Shown here: positions 35,205-39,237 of the stretch, piece after piece
Position numbering within the stretch: position 1 is the first letter of the stretch
How the letters are laid out: each line of letters begins with the position of its first letter
Assembly: GCA_037439645.1 (NCBI GenBank)
Contig: JBBIVQ010000026.1
Span: 1 to 39,237 of the forward strand
Direction of reading: 5' to 3'
Length of the DNA: 39,237 nt
DNA from: Deltaproteobacteria bacterium
GTDB lineage: Bacteria; Desulfobacterota; Deferrimicrobia; Deferrimicrobiales; Deferrimicrobiaceae
The notes under the pieces: generated by a model
The model's input: the letters and a program-made list of their open reading frames with translations, nothing else
Database searches by the model: none
What the model was told of the DNA's origin: nothing
Made by a program: the position numbers and the translations under genes

Positions 35205-36860
35205 ATGGACGCCTTTCTCCTCAAGCAGGTGATCGCGGAGCTCGCGGCGGAGCTGCCCGGCGCGATGGTATCGAAGATCCACCAGCCGGGGGAGAAGGTG
35301 ATCGTCCTCGACCTGTGGGGCCGGGGGGAGAAGCGGCTGCTCCTCTCGGCCGAACCGGAAGTGTGCCGGATCCATCTCACGACGCGCAAGACCCCGAACC
35401 CGCCGTCGCCGCCCCGCTTCTGCCAGTTCCTCCGCAAGCACCTGGAGGGGATGCGGATCGCGGGCTTCACGATCGCGCCGTACGACCGCTCCGTGCGGAT
35501 CGACTTCGCCTCCGGCCGTCCGGACGCGGAGCACGCGAACACCTCCCTGTACGCCGAGCTGTTCGGCCGCCACGCCAACCTGATCTACGTGGACGGCGAC
35601 GGGACGATCCTCGAACCGCTGCGCACGGTATCCGATGAGGAGAGTCGGATCCGGGAAGTCGTCCCCGGGATCCCGTACCGCCCGTTGCCCAGGCCGGCGC
35701 GGGTCTTCCTGCCCGAGGTGACGCGGGACGATGCCGTCCGGATCTTCGCAAGCGGGTGGGAAGGATTGCCGAAGGCCCTGCAGGAAAACGTCGCCGGTCT
35801 CGGGAGGGAAGTGGCGCGCGACGCGGCGACCCGGGGGCGGGAAGGCCCGGACGCGCTGCATGACGTCCTGCGCGACCTGGTCCGCCGGTACGAGGGGAAC
35901 GACTTCGCCCCCGGGATCGGGACGCTCCCGGACGGGAAGCGGCGGATCCTCCCTTTCCCGTGCCCGGCGGCCGGGTTCGTCGCCTTCCTCCCCTTCCCCA
36001 CCGCCAACGCGGCGGCGGACGCCTTCTACTCGGATGTCGCGGAGGCGCGCGAAACCGCCGTCCTTCGTCAGCAGGTCAAATCCCGGATCGCCGCCCTCCT
36101 GAAGAAGGAGCGCCACAAACTGGAGAACGTGGGGGGCGACGAGGAGCGGCTCGTCGAGGCGGCCCGGGGGACGGAGCGCGGAGAGGCGCTGAAGGCGAAC
36201 CTCGACGAGATGAAAAAGGGGATGGATTCGTTCCGGGAGATCCCGCTCGATCCCGCGAAGACGCCGGTCGAGAACATGACCCGGTACTTCCAGCTCGCCC
36301 GGAAGGCGAAACGGGCGATGGAGATCGTCCGGAAGCGGAAGCGGGAGGTGGCCGAGTCCGTCTACTACATCGAGTCGCTCGAGGAGCAGATCGAGGCGGC
36401 GCGGACGCGGGATGAGGCGGTCGCCGTCCGCCAAGAGCTCTCTTCCTCCTTCCCGTCGAGGGTGAAAACGTCCGGAAAAAAGAGAAGCGGGCGGAAAGAC
36501 GCTCCGCGCCCCGTCTTCCCGCAGGTGGAGACGGTCTCCTTCCGCGGGCACGCGATCCTCGTCGGCCGCAACAACGTCGGGAACGACCGGATCGTCAAGG
36601 AGCTCGCCGCCCCCGACGACCTGTGGCTCCACGCGCAGGGGATCCCGGGGAGCCATGTGCTGGTGAAGCGCCCGGCGGGGAAAGAGGTCCCCCGCGAAGT
36701 GATCGAGGAGGCGGCGCGGCTGGCGGTCCTCCACAGCAAGGCGAAGGGGACGCGGAACGTCCCGGTGTTCCTCGCGGAGGCCCGCCACGTCTCCAAGTTC
36801 AAGGGGGCGAAACCGGGGCTGGTGCGGATCGCCCGGTACGCCACCGTCAACGTCCGCTGA
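35205..36860 (+). CDS. RqcH/Rqc2 (NFACT family, fibronectin-binding protein A-like) ribosome quality-control protein
   Basis: NFACT-N start MDAFLLKQVIAELAAEL, coiled-coil middle, NFACT-R/DUF814 C-terminus (GHAILVGRNNVGNDRIVKELAAPDDLWLHAQGIPGSHVLV). Confidence 0.8.
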   Translation: MDAFLLKQVIAELAAELPGAMVSKIHQPGEKVIVLDLWGRGEKRLLLSAEPEVCRIHLTTRKTPNPPSPPRFCQFLRKHLEGMRIAGFTIAPYDRSVRIDFASGRPDAEHANTSLYAELFGRHANLIYVDGDGTILEPLRTVSDEESRIREVVPGIPYRPLPRPARVFLPEVTRDDAVRIFASGWEGLPKALQENVAGLGREVARDAATRGREGPDALHDVLRDLVRRYEGNDFAPGIGTLPDGKRRILPFPCPAAGFVAFLPFPTANAAADAFYSDVAEARETAVLRQQVKSRIAALLKKERHKLENVGGDEERLVEAARGTERGEALKANLDEMKKGMDSFREIPLDPAKTPVENMTRYFQLARKAKRAMEIVRKRKREVAESVYYIESLEEQIEAARTRDEAVAVRQELSSSFPSRVKTSGKKRSGRKDAPRPVFPQVETVSFRGHAILVGRNNVGNDRIVKELAAPDDLWLHAQGIPGSHVLVKRPAGKEVPREVIEEAARLAVLHSKAKGTRNVPVFLAEARHVSKFKGAKPGLVRIARYATVNVR

Positions 36861-36869
36861 TTTCCCGCG

Positions 36870-38186
36870 TCACCGGAATTTCACGAACTCGACCCGGCGG
36901 TTCTCCGCGCGCCCCTCGGGCGTGTCGTTGCCCGCGACCGGGCGGGACACCCCCCACCCCTTCGCGGTGAGACGCCCCGAAGCAACACCATGGTCGACAA
37001 GCCAGCCGGCGACCGCCTTCGCACGCCGCTCGGACAGCGGCTGATTCACGTCCGGAGTTCCTTGGGAATCGGTGTGCCCTTCGACGGAGAGTTTCAGCGA
37101 GGAGTCCTCCGCGAGCAGCGCCCGCACCGCGGACAACGTGGGCTCGGACGATGGAAGGATGACGTCCGATCCCGTGTCGAAACGGATGCCCCGCGTGACG
37201 ATTCGCCCGTCGGTCTCCAGGGCCGCCTTCATCTCTTTCCCGCCGGATGCAACGCGGAAATCGGTGAACATGAGAGGCAGCAGTTTCGCCCCCGTTTGAT
37301 ACGCGAGTTCCATCCCGATGACGGTCACGGGTCGCACGATCCCTTCCGGATCGTTCACCACCATCTCTCCGTCGAGGTACGCCTTCACCGACGCGCCGTT
37401 CACGCGGATCGCCATACGATGGACCTGACCGTCCCCCCGCTCGAAGGAAAGATGCGTGTTCCCGGTGCTCGCGCCGATGGACCCGATCCGAATGACATTT
37501 GTGGGGGTGGCCTCGAAATCGGACGATTGAAACTCCCTCCCATGGTTGATCAGAAGGACACGGTACTCCGGGCGCTGATCCGTTCCGTCAAAGGTGGGGA
37601 GTACGGCGTCGAACTCCACGGTGAACTTGTCGGGCATGTCTTTCCCGACGTTCAGCCGAGGATAAAAGATCGCGGAGACGTCGGTCCGCCGGTTGGACGG
37701 CCGGAACCGCACCCATCGCTTCCCCTCGAACCGCGCCACTTCGATCGGGGCTTTCCTGGTGCTGTCGTCCGGCCCTCTCAGCGTCCAGCGCCGCGGAAAC
37801 TCACCGACGTCCGTGTCGCTGAAATCGTCCTGGAAGATCACCCTGTCTCCTGGAACGAAATCGTATTTCGAGAGAACGTCCTCCGGCCGGATACCTTTTT
37901 TTGCGACGCCGGTTCCGACGCTCCCCGGGATCCGGCGTGCACCACGAACTTCGTCGGACGACGAAGGGGGGCTGAATCTCCCCTCGGTCTCGATCCTCCC
38001 TTCCATCCTCGGCTTGTCGGGCCGCGCGATGGCTTCCCTTGCATTCTCGTACGCCTTGTCGGCGACGTCCACGATCGCCCTGCCCCCCAGCCCCGCTCCC
38101 GCGTCGAGGAGAGCGCCATCCAACCACCCGGCATGCGCCTGCGGGGAAATCATCGCAACAATTAGAACGGACATGGCAATTTTCAT
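36870..38186 (-). CDS. OmpA-family protein (C-terminal OmpA peptidoglycan-binding domain, signal peptide)
   Basis: Start MKIAMSVLIVAMISPQAHAG at 38186; C-terminus LSVEGHTDSQGTPDVNQPLSERRAKAVAGWLVDHGV...TPEGRAENRRVEF. The track's 86-aa N-terminal extension is judged spurious. Confidence 0.8.
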   Translation of the reverse strand: MKIAMSVLIVAMISPQAHAGWLDGALLDAGAGLGGRAIVDVADKAYENAREAIARPDKPRMEGRIETEGRFSPPSSSDEVRGARRIPGSVGTGVAKKGIRPEDVLSKYDFVPGDRVIFQDDFSDTDVGEFPRRWTLRGPDDSTRKAPIEVARFEGKRWVRFRPSNRRTDVSAIFYPRLNVGKDMPDKFTVEFDAVLPTFDGTDQRPEYRVLLINHGREFQSSDFEATPTNVIRIGSIGASTGNTHLSFERGDGQVHRMAIRVNGASVKAYLDGEMVVNDPEGIVRPVTVIGMELAYQTGAKLLPLMFTDFRVASGGKEMKAALETDGRIVTRGIRFDTGSDVILPSSEPTLSAVRALLAEDSSLKLSVEGHTDSQGTPDVNQPLSERRAKAVAGWLVDHGVASGRLTAKGWGVSRPVAGNDTPEGRAENRRVEFVKFR

Positions 38187-38527
38187 CTCAACCCTCCATT
38201 CCGATTCGATTCGCAATCCCGGACGAGAGAGGAAAACGCACGACCCGTGCCATGGGAAGCGATCGGACCTGGGCATCGAGGAAACGAAATATTTTATGCC
38301 GTTATTTGCGTTAGAGAATTCGCCCGTGATACACGGCGGATGGAATCGACTTGGAGAGGCCGAAATCCGGACTGAAAGATGAGAAATGCTCCCGAAATCG
38401 AACCGATCGGACTTGTAACGACTGACGCCGGAAGATCGCCGCACACTCTGCGGATGAGAGGAACCGACGCGGAGAAATCAGTCCTTTTCCGCTACCCGTT
38501 CGATCGGTTGGTGATAGGCATCCGGCT

Positions 38528-39237
38528 TCACGCCGTCGCCCAGATTTCCGATAGCACCTCCGCTTGCTCGAGCACAGTCTGTGTCGCCTTCTCCTGCTTG
38601 TCCGGCGGATAGCCATACTTGCGCAGGATCCGTTTCACGATCACGGGCAATTGCGCTCGAACGTTTTCCCGTACCGTCCAGTCGATCGTGACGTTCTTTC
38701 GCACCGCTTCCACCAACTCCCGGGCGATGATGACCAGCGTCGGTTCTCCGAGCACCTTGACCGCGCTGTCGTTGACTTCCAGCGCATCGTAGAAGGCCAC
38801 CTCGTCCTCGTTGAGGCCGAGCGACTCCCCTCGCGCCCGGGCGTTGCGCAGATCCTTCGCGAGCCCGACCAGCTCTTCAATAACCTGCGCCGTTTCGATC
38901 GCCCGGTTCTGATACCGCCGTACGGCCTGCTCGAGCAGATCGGCGAAGGAACGGGCCTGGACGACGTTTCGACGAAGCCGCGTCCGGATCTCCCCCGACA
39001 GAAGCTTGCGCAGCAGCTCGACGGCGAGGTTGCGCTGCGGCATCCCGCGCACCTCGGCGAGAAATTCGTCCGACAGGATCGAGATGTCCGGTTTCTTCAA
39101 TCCGGCCGCCACGAAGATGTCCACGACCTCGTCCGATACAACCGCTTTCGACACGATCTGCCGGATGGCGAAGTCCAGTTCCTCGACCGTCTTCCGATCC
39201 CCCGGGGTCCCTTTGGCGAGCACCGACCGGACCGCCT
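38528..39237 (-). CDS. hsdR: Type I restriction enzyme R subunit, C-terminal domain (gene continues beyond the window end)
   Basis: Conserved HsdR C-terminal block ([80 protein letters not shown]). Confidence 0.7.
   Translation of the reverse strand, partial: AVRSVLAKGTPGDRKTVEELDFAIRQIVSKAVVSDEVVDIFVAAGLKKPDISILSDEFLAEVRGMPQRNLAVELLRKLLSGEIRTRLRRNVVQARSFADLLEQAVRRYQNRAIETAQVIEELVGLAKDLRNARARGESLGLNEDEVAFYDALEVNDSAVKVLGEPTLVIIARELVEAVRKNVTIDWTVRENVRAQLPVIVKRILRKYGYPPDKQEKATQTVLEQAEVLSEIWATA

Overview
High-GC (~65-70%) bacterial chromosomal window; the gene content suggests an anaerobic, deltaproteobacterium-like organism, but taxonomy cannot be proven from this sequence. Positions 1-16157 form a single block transcribed on the minus strand (one + strand pair, small protein plus serine recombinase, at its right end). 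The block looks mobile or prophage-derived and ends at a tRNA-Asn(GTT). It contains:
- a partial IS21-family element (istA);
- a DUF4143 AAA ATPase;
- a chimeric, truncated ParB-DNA methyltransferase fused to ELWxxDGT repeats;
- an orphan phage tail-completion-like gene;
- a 2-hydroxyacyl-CoA dehydratase / DsrE(YchN)-like operon;
- a compact replication, recombination and integration module. This module has an AlpA-like HTH, an iteron-rich ori-like region, a Prim-Pol primase, an SF2 helicase, a RusA-like resolvase, DUF669, a Sak4-type ATPase, a PD-(D/E)XK nuclease, a small basic protein, and a large serine recombinase whose last 14 codons are antisense to the tRNA 3' half.
Right of the tRNA the context is ordinary chromosome:
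- cupredoxin;
- a COG4315 lipoprotein;
- PaaI thioesterase;
- CorA;
- an AhbD/NirJ-like radical SAM enzyme;
- a Type II R-M pair (beta-class MTase plus PD-(D/E)XK endonuclease) inserted between the radical SAM gene and hemE-hemH-hemY;
- an SPFH protein;
- a beta-helix lipoprotein;
- LOG;
- glutaredoxin;
- an alpha/beta hydrolase;
- pntA1-pntA2-pntB;
- Crp/Fnr plus cytochrome P460, with a CRP-type box;
- RqcH/NFACT;
- an OmpA-family protein;
- the 3' end of a Type I hsdR.
The best candidate for a novel system is the tRNA-Asn-associated replicative integrative element (satellite/PICI-like, with no structural genes in view) and its iteron ori. The chimeric ParB-MTase and the R-M insertion into the heme operon are secondary curiosities. 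All calls rest on manual motif recognition; no database search was possible.
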